NCBI RefSeq assembly: GCF_009914755.1
Contig: NC_060926.1
Source: the human T2T-CHM13v2.0 reference genome, Homo sapiens
DNA: 64,000 bases
Strand: one strand, 5' to 3'
Part shown: one piece after another, positions 1 to 18,410 of the stretch
Layout: every line of letters starts with the position of its first letter
Position numbering within the stretch: the stretch's first letter is position 1
The notes under the pieces: generated by a model
What the model was told of the DNA's origin: nothing
Database searches by the model: none
Seen by the model: only the letters and a program-made list of their open reading frames with translations
Position numbers and translations under genes: made by a program

Positions 1-3880
<3,880 letters not shown>

Positions 3881-3918
3881 GAAATTTTAAATAATATTAT
3901 ACTATTTGGTATTTTCCA

Positions 3919-4078
3919 TTTTTTTTTAAGACACAGAGTCTCTCTCTGTCACCCAGGTTGGAGTGCAGTAGCACAATCACAACTCGTTGTAACCTCGAAC
4001 TCCTGGCCTCAAGTGATCGTCCTGCCCCGACCTCCCAAGTAGCTACGACTACAGGCACATGCCACCATGCCCAGCTAA
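3919..4078 (-). mobile_element. Alu monomer (FRAM or AluJ right arm)
   Basis: Poly-T followed by a single antisense Alu arm 'cacccaggttggagtgcagt...gccaccatgcccagcta'. Confidence 0.85.
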
Positions 4079-5099
4079 TCATTTCCCAAGTTTTTGTAGT
4101 AAACATGTACTTATAGATAATTAAAGTATTGAAAATAGTGGATAGGTGTAGAGGAATTTCTATCAGGAGATTGTTGGTGAGAATCCCGAATCACTGCACT
4201 CTGTATTTCATCAAAGAAATAAAAAGTTATTGACACACTAGGGAGTCTTTCATTCTACACATTGTGGGTCTCTATTTGTTAACTTCACAGGGAGAAAACA
4301 GAATGACTGGAAGACTAAGAACATTACAGGAATGTATACTTGGCTTCTCTGTCAACCAGATGTCTGTACTGCTGCCCTAAAATATACTGGGAACCTAATG
4401 CCTTTCTGAAAAATCAGTCCAATGTTTGTAAACAGGGAAGTTGCAATATGGACAGTGAAGTCACCTGAATTGTTTTTTTAAATAAATATTTTGAGTATTT
4501 CTTTCCACATATCTTGATCTTTCACCTCATTTTTGCTTAACTTAAATTTTTCTCTTTTGCTTTTGGATCAGCTGAAAAGCCCATATAAGTTTACAGCATT
4601 AACAGCATATAGCACTGTGATATTTTGCAACTTGAAGCCAAGTTAAACATATGGACATTTTAACGTTATTTTGTTGAAAACCTTTCTTTGGAATGCCTTT
4701 TATTCACTTTTAGGCAGATCTAATTATAGATGGAGTTTTAGCTTGCATGTTAAGCACATGATGTGGGATGTCTGAACATGCAAGAAGGGGCCAAATCTCT
4801 CCTATGGGAGCAGGAAAATCCTTGGGTTGCACTGGAATTTTTAAAAATATTAACTATTGCTCCAGTAATAATAGTCATTCTCTTGGGCCTCCAACTATCT
4901 TACTTATAGCACATTTTTATTATAATATAACTTAATCTGCAAAGTTAAATGTATAAAATTAAGCTGACAGTCTCAATTTTTATGTTTATCATCAATGTAA
5001 CTTTTAAAGGAGATAGAGTTTGCCTATAAGATGCTCCAGTAACTCTTGATAGTGTCACTCTGCACCCTGCCCACCCAAGGGTCACAGGTGACCTCTGCA

Positions 5100-5440
5100 A
5101 CAATTCATGCAACAATTGTTAATTGGACACCTATTGTATGTGTGAGCCAATGCTGGGGCCTCTGGAGACTGCAACTCTTAAATAACATGCAGTCCTTACA
5201 ATCACACTAGACTGAAAGGGTCATGCAGCACTTGGCTGCGCCCACATAGAACAGCATGGAAGGGTGAGTTTAAGGGAGACTTCATACAGGCAACCGCCTC
5301 CCGAGCTTCGCCCATGACAGTCTCTACATCACAGAGTTGTTTTGGGAGTCAAATAAGATATTATATGATAATAAACTTACTTCATTGTCTGGTTCATAGA
5401 AACCTCTGAGATATCTGTTTGATGTTTTTACTATTATTGG
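5100..5440. mobile_element. L2 3' fragment (-) followed by MIR fragment (+)
   Basis: 'caattcatgcaacaattgttaattggacacctattg' (L2 tail) and 'tctacatcacagagttgttttgggagtcaaataagat...ctattatt' (MIR core/tail). Confidence 0.5.
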
Positions 5441-6295
5441 AAATCTTGAACTGTTTTCCTCGGATGATCCAGAAAAGATGCTTGAACTCTTCACATTTTC
5501 TTCCTGACTTCACAATATTACATACAAAATTATAAATCTAAGAAGTGCTTTCCTAGAAGAAACTTTGTTAGAAACAGAGCACTGTGGGGGTCTTTGATTT
5601 AACACAGGGTTGGGGTGGGTGCTGGGGGGGTGCCTCTGACCAGTGGAGATGGCTCAGAGAGCCAGACGGTGGTGGCCAGGAGTCACTGTGGGAGCCTGTG
5701 AAGGTCAGTGTCAGGAGAATATACGAGATCCCAGAGAGAGAGAATCGAGCCTGCCAAACTGCAGGTAGGGCACCTGGAGGAGGACTGTGGCATTGATCAA
5801 CAGGAGACGCCTGGAGCGAGTCAGAGTCAAGACCACTTGGGCTTCTCCTGGTTCTCCCTGTGGACAGACAGGCTGTCTTCACCAAGATGGGCTGTAACAG
5901 AAAGGACAGGTATTGTTTTATTCAGTAAGAATTCCATTTCCAAAATTGATTGGAATTTTATTTTTTCAATGAGAATGAATCCTATGAGTTTATCTGCTCT
6001 CCTCATTCTTATCAAAATGACAAAAAAATGTGCAAATGAAAAAAATCTAACAAGGGTGCGTGGTTTTAAGGCCCAGATATTTTTTTTTTAGAAACTTCTG
6101 GAAGATATGAAGAATTGTGATCACATGGCAGGACAAGCCAAGCAGTGCCAACCATCCATAGTCTGTTTCAGGTTGGGAGGGAGCTATCTGTGAAGTGGGC
6201 AAATCAAAAGACCCAAATGATGGGGCCAGAGAGAAGCTGGCCAGTGCCTCCACCAAAGTGGGGCTGTCATAGCAAACTGGAAGAAGATACACTGG

Positions 6296-6768
6296 CATCT
6301 TAGTCCACTTGTGTTGTTGTAAAGGAATGTCTGAAGCTGGGCAATTTATACAGAAAAGAGGTTTATTTGGCTTCTGGTTCTGCAGGCTGTGCAAGAAGCA
6401 TGGCGCCGGCACCTGCATCTGGTGATTCAGGCTGATTCTGGGGTTCAGGCTGCTTCCGCTCATGGTGGAAGGTGAAGGGAAGCTGACATGTGCAAAGAGC
6501 ACATGGTGAGAATGGAAGCAAGGGGTGGGAGTGGTGCCAGGCTCTTCTACAAAATCAGTTCTCATGGAACTAACAGAGCGAGAACTCACTCCTTGCCTCA
6601 AGGACTGCACCAAGATGCTCATGAGGGATCCTCACCCATGACCCAACCAGGACGTTCATGAGGGATCCTCACCCATCACCCAAACACCTCCCATTGTACC
6701 TCACCTCCAACATTGGCGATGAAATTTCAACACGAGGTTTGAAGGGGACAAATGTCCAAGCTTTATCA
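6296..6768 (-). mobile_element. MaLR LTR (MST-like) with a 37-bp internal tandem duplication
   Basis: 'tcttagtcc...gaaaagaggtttatttggc...catggtggaaggtgaaggg...acctccaacattgg'; 'tcatgagggatcctcacccat' at 6619 and 6656. Confidence 0.85.
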
Positions 6769-7359
6769 GTGGGTTGTTGATATGTTTAGGTGCAATTCAG
6801 TAAGTCTTCATCGTGCTGTGCACTGCAGGGAGTGGACAGTCTCCGCGTGGTGCCCATCCCTTCTGACAGTGCAGCTCCTGATCTACTGCAACACCTGGGA
6901 GAAGGCGGCTCTTCACCTTTAACTGAAGTGCTTGGAGATCCAGATATGAAAATGAATCCTGTTAAGACATAAGCCTCACTAAGTAAAGGACTGACATCTC
7001 TAATCAAATCAAATAAGATGATGTAAAGTCCATGCAGTAGGTTGCTTGCATTGTTAACATAGGGATATTTTTGCTCTTCCTATAAGCATAAAGCAATGAT
7101 TTCAAATCTTGTTGCTATATGTAAGATGTTTACTCTTTGTTTTAAAGTTAGTTTTTCTCTAAATAGAAAAATAATCCACAATCCTACTAAATTATCAAGA
7201 AGCAAATAAAGTACAAAAATGAAAATCCTCTTTGCATCTCAAACATCCCCTCTCCTGCCTGCAGCCACCACTGTTATTAATAACTTGGCGTAAAGAGACT
7301 CCTCCCAGAGGTATTCGTATGTGAATTCATGTATCTGTAAATGGACCTGTATGTGAATG

Positions 7360-8272
7360 CACACACACAACCACACACCACACACACACGCCACACATAC
7401 ACACACCACACTCACCACACATACACACACAGCACACACACACCACACAACCACACACATACACAGCACACACACACCACACAAACCACACACACCACAA
7501 ACCACACACACCACACACACACCACACAAATACACACCACATACACAAAAATACACACACCACACACATACCACACACACCACACAGCACACAAATACAC
7601 ACGCAAATACACACACACCACACACAAATACACACTCATACACACCATACACACACAAATACCCATATACACCACACACAAATACACACACGCACATACA
7701 CACAAATACACATACACCACACACACACAAGTACACATACACTACACCACACACACACCACACGCCACACATACACATACCACACACACAACCACATACA
7801 CATACACACACACCACACACAAAAATACCACACACACACAAATACCACAGACATGCACAAATACACACCACACACACACCACACACACAAAAATACACAA
7901 ATACGCACACACACCACACACCACACACACATACACACGCACCATACACACACAAATACCCACATACACACACACCACACACAAATACACGGACATACAC
8001 ACAAATACACATACACACACCACACACACAAGTACACACACACCACACACAAATACACACACACAAATACACACATACACCACACACACAAATACACGCA
8101 CACATATACACACATCACACACACATACACACAAATATACACAGACACAAATACACCACACATGCAAATACACACACCCACATATACACACATACACACC
8201 ACACGCACAGATACACACACACGCAAACACACACACCACACACACACACATACACACATACACACACACCCC
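7360..8272. repeat. ~900-bp imperfect (CA)n-rich tract
   Basis: Seen directly; recurring sub-motif 'acacaccacacacaaatac'. Confidence 0.97.
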
Positions 8273-8789
8273 ACGTGTAAAGCAAAAACAGAATTTATTC
8301 TCTACATATCATCTTTAACTTGCTTTTAAAATTTATTATGGACATCATAAATACCTTCCCATTTCGAGAAGTAGGAGCCAGCCTCTTTCTTCTGAGAGTT
8401 ATGACTCAGAACCCACTGAGAGTGGAGGAACAGCGAGGCAGCCAGAGGTCGCATTGACCCCTTTCCAGACTGGGGCTGCTGAAGAACGTGCTTTGGGGGC
8501 ACTGCTCTGAGGCTGTGCAGTTGCTGGAAGACCTGCGCCCCGAAGACCCCGCCCCAGCAGCAGGGGCCTCGATTGCTAAGCTCAGGGTCTGGCCTGGCCA
8601 TGAGCCAGGAAAAAGATGCATGCTCAGGTCCTGTTCCAAATCTGCCAACTAGAACTCAGGCTTCCTTCTCTGGGATTGAAGAAGGGCAGAGACATGCTGG
8701 GACTGTTACCTGAAGCAACCTCTGTCTACACAGAAACTCCAAGGAACGAGAAAGGAAATTCCCCAATGCATAGGATTCCTGAATATGAG

Positions 8790-10110
<1,321 letters not shown>

Positions 10111-10143
10111 CTCTTCTCAATGTTTCTGACGTGTGCTGTCAAC

Positions 10144-10400
10144 CTAAACAACAGAGAGAGACTCTGTAAGAGAAAATGGTACTGATTTGGGAATAGAGTA
10201 TTGCAGTGGGGATATGCATGCCACAGTAAGCTGTGTGCATACCCAGGGAGGTAAGGAAGGACAAAGGTTTGTAAAGGAGAAATGGAGAGGATTACAGCAT
10301 TGTTTTGAGATCATCACTGGCTGCGAAGTCAATAACAAGAATAACAAGTGTGGCACCAGTCTGAGGTTGCACAGGCAGTTGTCTTTTTTCTCACACGGGA
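10144..10400 (-). mobile_element. ERV1-class LTR fragment (MER31-like)
   Basis: 'aaacaacagagagagactctgtaagagaaaatggtactgatttgggaatagagtattgcag' resembles the recalled MER31 end; subfamily unverified. Confidence 0.5.
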
Positions 10401-10419
10401 AAATCATTATATCATTGTC

Positions 10420-10630
10420 CACCGCATGGAACTCCCCCAGTTCCTGGCAGCCACCATTCCGCTTCCTGTGTCTAAGAGCTTCGCTACTTGAGGTGCCTCA
10501 TATGATCAGAATCACGTAGAATATGTCCTGTGGCTGACCGGTTTCCCTTCGCGTAATGTCTTATGTACACCGGGACGGTTCAGTCTTAAAAAGGAAGAGA
10601 ATCCTGTTATATGTGACAACATGGATGAAC
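10420..10630. mobile_element. Small L1MB-like 3' fragment with internal inversion
   Basis: 10420-10560 antisense 3'UTR ('cctggcagccaccattccgcttcctgtgtct'); 10561-10630 sense copy of the adjacent segment ('cttaaaaaggaagagaatcctgttatatgtgacaacatggatgaac'). Confidence 0.65.
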
Positions 10631-11735
10631 ATTTTCCTCTTCATTCAAACATTTCACCAGAATAAATGCAGGTGGGGCATTCGATTCATCTTTCCTGGTG
10701 CCCTGTGACTCCTTTACGGCCTTTACTCAGCTTGGGAAGCCCTTTTCCCAGCATCTCATCTCAGACCATGGATTCCCACCCGACGAGACCCGCTGTGCAC
10801 CGATGCCCGAATCCTATCCTCCTGGAACTTTATCTTGCTTATTCCATGCGCCTCCAGTCTGTCTTCTCGGCGTCTTCATTTCTTCACTCTGTCTGAGTTC
10901 TAGGGGGTTTTCCAAGCTTGTCTGATCGGATGCGTCGTCTAGGTCTCTGTGGTGACGGCGTGGTGAGAGGTGGAGAGGAGGAGGGGCAGGTGAGCAAACA
11001 GCACGGAGTTGAGGGTTGGGGGTGGGGTGAGAGGCAGCACCAATGGAGGAGCCCCTGCAAGGGAAGAAATGTGTCCAGGAGAGCAGCGGGGCCGCGGGAC
11101 CAGGAGAGCTACCCGCCAAGGCCCCGTGATCAAGGAGCAGTGCTTCTTTCGGGAACACAGAGAGAGACTCTGTAAGAGAAAGGTCCTGTTCCTTTCTAAG
11201 GTACTGTTCCTTCCACATTTTCTCTAAGGTCCTATTCCTTTCTAAGGTCCTGTTCCTTTCGCATTTTCTCAGCCCTCTCCCGCCCCTCTTTTGCCTTCCA
11301 CCCCCTCCCTTCTTCCCCCAGGGGCTCCTTTACCATTTCTTTCACACCACTCCTTGCCCAACACAGCTGGGCCCTGGGTAAGGAGGGATGGGCAGAGCAG
11401 GCGTGACTCCGGCTTCCTGGAGGAAGGCCTCAGTGCGGGGAACAGCATTTCAAGCTGTGATTTCAGTGGAGGGTGACAGTGACTGGGGCAGGGACCCTCA
11501 GGGATTGGTCAGAGCAGATGTCCTCATCAGCCCCTGGAAGGGGAAGAGGTGGCTCTGGATGGGAAGGACAGACGGGCACGGGGAGGGACGGGAACAGGGT
11601 TCACAGCAGGAGAAGCGGCACGGGCCATGGAGCCTCTGGAGCCCGGGAGGATGATGCTTCTTTACAGTTCTGCTGGCAGAGCAGGGCAGGTGGACTCCTG
11701 AAGGTCAGGAATATTTTTTTCGAAAGGAGACTCTA

Positions 11736-13095
<1,360 letters not shown>

Positions 13096-13349
13096 TAAAA
13101 ATTACTAGATTTCAAGAAAAAATGATTTTTCATGTAAACATATCAGATATGATGATTTTAGAGAAAATTCAGTTAACTTTTAATATTCTTAAACCAGTAA
13201 AGGGATTCCAGACCTTGAAATGTTGCATTGCTGCATACGCCAACATCATGTGAAAAATTCATATATCTAAACCCCCAACACAGGCACACAAATACTTTCC
13301 CAAGAGCCTCACAGTTTCCAGAAAAGTTGTGAATTCTGAGGCAACATAG

Positions 13350-13638
13350 TTTTTTTGTTTTTGAGGTAGGGTCTCACTCTGTCACCCAGGCTGGAGTGCA
13401 ATGACATGGCTCCCTGTAGCCTGGACATCCTAGACTCAAGCGATTCTCCTGCCTCAGCCTCCCAAGTAGCAGGACTACAAGCATGCTCCACCACACCTGG
13501 TTAATTTTTACATTTCTTGTAGAGATGGGGTCTCACTACATTACCCAGGCTGATCTCAAACTCCTGGACTCAAGCGATCTTCTTGCCTTGGCCTCCCAAA
13601 GTGCTGGGATTACAGGAGTGGGCCATCATGCCTGACCC
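13350..13638 (-). mobile_element. AluJ
   Basis: Antisense dimer with J-type 'ctcaagcgatc' and 'gggtctcact'; TSD-like aggcaa(c/t)at. Confidence 0.9.
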
Positions 13639-14465
13639 TAAGGCAATATTCTAATTAACAAATTGGTTTGTACACATTCACACGTTTTGCAGTATGTAGG
13701 TTATTGTTTGAAGCTTTGAGAACTCTCCAGTTTCTAGAACTGCTGAAGAATCTAGGCCTCTGCCTCTCTTGCTCAGATTCTAAACAATGGAGATGTGTGG
13801 GTTTGGCTCAGCAATGCTAAAACATTTAGTAAAACAGGACAACAGCTAAAAGTATCGAAAGCTTAATGTGCAGGATAGGTTGAATTTGCTAAAGGAGCAG
13901 TTTTTGTGGCACTGGAGAAACTGAGCATGTTTTGGTGTCTGCCTGGGCTGCACGTCCTCATCCTGTAGGGTCCCTATGTGTCTGGGTCTCAGCAGAGGCT
14001 GAGGCTTTGGCGGACGCCCATCATGGACAGACACATCCACATGGGGGTGGGGCAGCCTGGTCCTCACACATCCCGGCGCCCCGGCCTGTCGCCTGGAGAC
14101 TGCAATTATGCACAGAAGACGCCAAATTGCTGCGTATTTCCAAACATTTGGAATCCTAATCCCTTCAGGAAAGTTTTTTCTTGGATGCCACACCAAATCT
14201 AAATGGCAGAAACAATTCTTGTGATTAGGTGCAGGTTGTATGTAAAGGGAAAGAACCCTGGAAAAGTGACCTGGGTTTTGATGTGGACATTTAAAGGCTT
14301 TAGCAAGATGCTTTGGTGATTTGGCCTCGGTCTCCTCAACAGAGAATGAAAGGGATGAACCGAACAAAGCCTTTTAAGCTTGAGAGGGTCTGAGGAGAGA
14401 ATATGCTCTCTGTAAGTTTCACGCCCCCTGAAACTTACAGGAGACACCTGTGCCACCTAACAAAT

Positions 14466-14640
14466 GTTTCTAGGGAAACAGCAAATGCGAATGCTTCCGA
14501 GTAACCAATCGGTGCGCACACTCCCCCGGCCCCACCACAAGAGGGCGGTGTGACTAGCAAATGAAGCGTAGAAGACCCATCAGCAGTGGAGGTTGCTGGG
14601 GACAACGGCTGATGAAGCCTTCTCACGGTGCAGGGTAAGC
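14466..14640 (+). promoter_or_regulatory. Candidate promoter/insulator: RFX X-box, CCAAT box, CTCF-like motif, downstream splice donor
   Basis: GTTTCTAGGGAAAC 14466-14479; CCAAT 14505-14509; CCACAAGAGGGCGG 14535-14548; AGG|GTAAGC at 14635; motif evidence only. Confidence 0.4.
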
Positions 14641-15924
14641 TCGAGCAGCTCAGCTCCAGGTGATGTGTTCTCTTCCCTCTGAAGCGGAGCCTCACATTCC
14701 AATGGATAGGAGGAGGTTGAGTCATTAATGTAGCCGTGCTGCCCTATCCCAATGATGGGTTACAAGCACAGGGTCACCAAAACGGTAGGTGAATCACCAC
14801 CCTACTAGTCCATACTTGCTCCCTCTTCCCAGCTCAACACTCAGACGAGGATAACGATTTCTATTGTGCAACCCAGTATTACACAGAAGAGGTGCACTGG
14901 GAGGTGGCGGCTCCTCCAACTCAGAAGAGATGGAATCCTCAAAGCATGAGGCAAGGCAGGAGGGGCAGAGGGCCAGGGAGGTGGCATAGCATTGCATGTT
15001 CTGCGTCTGTATCGACCAAACACATGAAAAACCTACAGAATGCACTGCATTCCATAGTGCTTTGGAGACCCGTCTCCATTCTCTCCCATCTTGAATCTGC
15101 TGGAGCCAGAAGAATGCCTCTCAAGAGCTGAATGGGGCAGGGCTGAGCACTGCAACCTGTGTGCATGAAAACAACTGAAAAGCAGTTCTCAGGAGGGCAA
15201 AGGCTCAGACACTGCACGACTATTCCTCGTTCCTGAGTTTCTCCAAACCTGCACTAGACCATCAAGGGGCAAATAAAAATCAACCACCCCCAGATAGCAA
15301 GTCCTCGTATAGGACTAGAGGTGGATATTGAAATTAGTAAGCATTAGAGAGGAACCGGAAATACACCAAAGCAAAGCAGAATATAAAATGGAAGGACAAA
15401 GATGAAAATAACTTGAAAAGTGTACTTTACATGAGAAAAATACTTAATAAAAGTCTGCGTATTTACTTCTGAGTAAATTATAGAAGATGGAGGAAGAACA
15501 GGGATTGTTAAAGAAGAATGAGAAACATGCAAAGCGACTTATTCTATATAGGGGGAATTAAAAGAGGAGTTTATTTTTGGTTCTTAAGTAGATTGACAAC
15601 AACAATATCATTATAGACCAGTGACTTGTTCCACAGATAATTACTGAGCATCTGATACACATAGCACCGTTCTGGCACAAACAACTTAAAAGACACAGAG
15701 TACGGAAAGCTGGAAATTAAAACAAATAAAATGGCTAATTGGTAGTTTGTCAATTAGCCAATTTACCCAAAAGACAAAGGCCTTTTGGCACGGACAATTC
15801 ATCCAAAGGCAAATTTGGCTAAATGATTTCTTGTCATAATAGCATTATAGTCATAAATAGATATTTCATTCTTTCTAATCAAAATTCCGACAATCTCAGA
15901 TTTGGTGGAAAAAAAAAATCTCCA

Positions 15925-16115
15925 AGCAGCATGGAACACAGCACGAGCTTTGCAACCAGATAAATTTGGGTTCAAATCTCAGTTGGCCATTGATTAGCTG
16001 TTGAGTCTTTACCCTGCTACTTAATTACCTCAACCAAAAAACGGAGCTCATAGCTGTGCCTTCGAGGATTGCAAACATCAAATGAACCAAACAGTCCCAA
16101 GCAAATCGATGCTCA
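15925..16115 (+). mobile_element. MIR
   Basis: 'tttgggttcaaatctcagttggccattgattagctgttgagtc' MIR B-box/core region. Confidence 0.6.
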
Positions 16116-16436
16116 ACACCGTATCAAGAAATACGAGGAAGAGGAGGAATTGCTTAAAATTAACACTTAAAAATGTATTAACACATAAAAGAAAAAATTG
16201 AAGAGTGGGGAAAAAGTGCGTCTACTTGACACAAATACAAAGAAAGCAAAAATTTAAGAATGCTTCAGAAGTATTTGAAAAGCATCAAATGGAAAAAAGT
16301 TCACGTTATAATAAAAGATAAAATCCGTGAATATAAAAAGTGCTAAACTTTGTTGACTTAATAATATGTAGGTTTAAAGTAGTCAGAAATATAAGGTTAC
16401 ACAAAAACGCAAATAGAGCAAAAGATATCAAAGTAC

Positions 16437-17470
16437 TGTGTCCGGAGTTGGTGGGTTCTCGGTCTTGCTGACTTCAAGAATTAAGCTGCGGACACCCGCA
16501 GTGAGCGTTACAGTTCTTAAAAATTGCGTGCCCGGAGTTTGTTGCTTCAGATGTTCAGACGTGTCCTGAGTTTCTTCCTTCTAGTGGGTTCATGGTCTCG
16601 CTGACTTCAGAAGTGAAACTGCAGACCTTCGCGGTGAGTGTTACAGCTCAGAGAAGCAGCACTAACCCAAAGGGTGACCAGCATTAAGATTTATTACACA
16701 GAGCTGAAGAATACAGCTCCCAGCGTATAGACCTGGATCCAAGCGGGTTACTGCTGCTGGCTCTGGTGGCCTGCTTTTATTCCCTTATCTGGCCCCACCC
16801 ACATCCTGCTGATTGGTCCATTTTACAGAGAGCTGATTGGTCCATTTTACGGAGAGCTGATTGGTCCGTTTTGACAGAGTGCTGATTGGTGCATTTACAA
16901 TTCTTTAGCTAGACAGAGTGCTGATTGGTGCATTTACAATCCTTTAGCTAGACACAAAAGTTCTCCAAGTCCCCACCCGTGCCGGAAGCCCAGCTGGCTT
17001 CACCGCTCTCTGGCACTGCAGCGGGACTTTGCCACACCTAACCCAGACAGTCTGGCAGCCCAGAGGGAGCTCTTTCGAGACAACCAAGAGGAAGAGGGGG
17101 GAAGTGAGAAAGAGACGGAGGCCCCCCATCGTGGCCAACGACCCCGCGAAGAGGGAAGGGGGGCCCACGCATGGGAGCCAGCTTCCAGTCAAACCCAGCA
17201 GGCATTGGCAGGCCCCACGGAGTGCGGGGCCGCTGATCCCACGCCCACACAGAACCGGTGCAGGCCCACGAGCACCGCGACCAGCCCCACGTCTCCCTCC
17301 ACACCTGTCCGCGAGCAAAGGGAGCTGGCTCCAGCCTCGGCCAGCCCCAAAGAGGGGCCCCCACAGCGCAGCGGCGGGCCGAAGGGCTCCTCGAGCGCGG
17401 CCAGAGTGGACGCGGAGGCCGAGAAGGCGCCGAGAGCAAGCGAGGGCTGCTAGCACGTTGTCACCTGTCA
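16437..17470 (-). mobile_element. Solo LTR12-family (ERV9/HERV9) LTR
   Basis: TG...CA termini on (-), 4-bp TSD gtac at 16433-16436 and 17471-17474, U5 repeats 'gtgagtgttacagctc', five ctgattgg repeats, CpG-rich U3. Confidence 0.95.
16775..16928 (-). promoter_or_regulatory. ERV9 LTR promoter: 5x CCAAT (NF-Y), GATA, AATAAA TATA-like box
   Basis: attgg at 16812, 16836, 16860, 16885, 16924; ttatct 16785-16790; ttttatt 16775-16781. Confidence 0.75.
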
Positions 17471-17569
17471 GTACCGTGGGCTTTTGCCACACAAAGTGGA
17501 TGAAAAACAACAAAAATAATATAGTTTAATTTCAACAAAAAATAATATAGTTTAATTTCTCAGTGCCCT

Positions 17570-18410
17570 CCAGCATTGAAGACCACTGAGTACACATCTA
17601 TAGTTAAGCAAGTCGGATTTATCGCTCAGCGTCACAAAGGAGAATGTATGCCACGGTGATCTGGGCTTGTGCTTGGTGATTTGGGGGGAAGAGTTTAAGG
17701 AAGGGGGACTTTTCTCTGCAGAGGTAATTCTCTGTGTAACCTAAGGAATCTTACGTAGGGGAGGAAAGTCAGAATGAGGCTGTGATGGGTAAGGAAGCAC
17801 CTGCCATTCTTCTTAGATGGAAGAAGGGCACGTTTTGGTACTTTGCACGTGATACTGTTGTTGTCTCTGCTTAGACAAGACTCCAGAGTGATGGTGTTTG
17901 TTGCCTCACTTTATCATGGTAATGAAAGGACTCGTCTGATGTATTAGTCCATTTTCACACTGCTGATAAAGACATACCCGAGACTGGGTAATTTATAAAG
18001 AGAAAGAGGTTTAATGGACTCACAGTTCCACATGGCTGGGGAGGCCTCACAATCATGGCAGAAGGCGAAAGGCATGTCTTACGTGGCAGCAGGCAAGAGA
18101 GAGAATGAGAACCAAGCGAAAGGGATTTCCCCTTATAAAACCATCAGATCTCATGAGACTGATTCACCACCACGAAAACGGTATGGAGGAAACCATCCCC
18201 ATGATTCAATTATCTCCCACCAGGTCCCTCCCACAACATGTGGGAATTATGGAGCTACAATTAAAGATGAGATTTGGGTGGCAACACAGCCAAACCATAT
18301 CATTCTGATGTTGTGTTCTTTAAGATTGCTTATGTTCAACAAGGAACACCAGGACTGAGCTGTGAGTGTCCAGCCTGCTGCCAATGTCAGAGGCTTTTTT
18401 TTCTCTTTCT
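17570..18410. mobile_element. Older unassigned ERV LTR interrupted by a THE1
   Basis: LTR-like text ('gttaagcaagtcggatttat') continues on both sides of the THE1; family not identified. Confidence 0.4.
17940..18302 (-). mobile_element. THE1 (B/C-like) MaLR LTR
   Basis: 'tgtattagtccattttcacactgctgataaagacatacccgagactggg...cacagccaaaccatatca'; TSD-like (g/t)tctga. Confidence 0.93.

Noticed and set aside
4350-4570. Protein-looking minus-strand frame (SKSKREKFKLSKNEVKDQDMWKEILKIFI*KNNSGDF...) suggesting a decayed gene
   Set aside because: Contains stops, matches no family I recognise and lacks a clean donor; compatible with chance in AT-rich DNA. tBLASTn or PhyloCSF would settle it.
5606-5630. 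G-quadruplex-type motif GGGTTGGGGTGGGTGCTGGGGGGG (another at ~48318-48337)
   Set aside because: Such motifs are common and there is no supporting functional context here.
7239-8329. Long His/Thr- and Cys/Val-rich ORFs up to 325 aa (also 41665-42546 and 54503-54828)
   Set aside because: Artefacts of CA/TG repeats, which rarely generate stop codons; open in several frames at once.
16944-17529. 189-aa and 166-aa ORFs
   Set aside because: Lie in the GC-rich U3 of the LTR12; non-coding.
17508-17558. 25-bp tandem duplication (caacaaaaataatatagtttaattt x2)
   Set aside because: Ordinary slippage duplication with no evident consequence.
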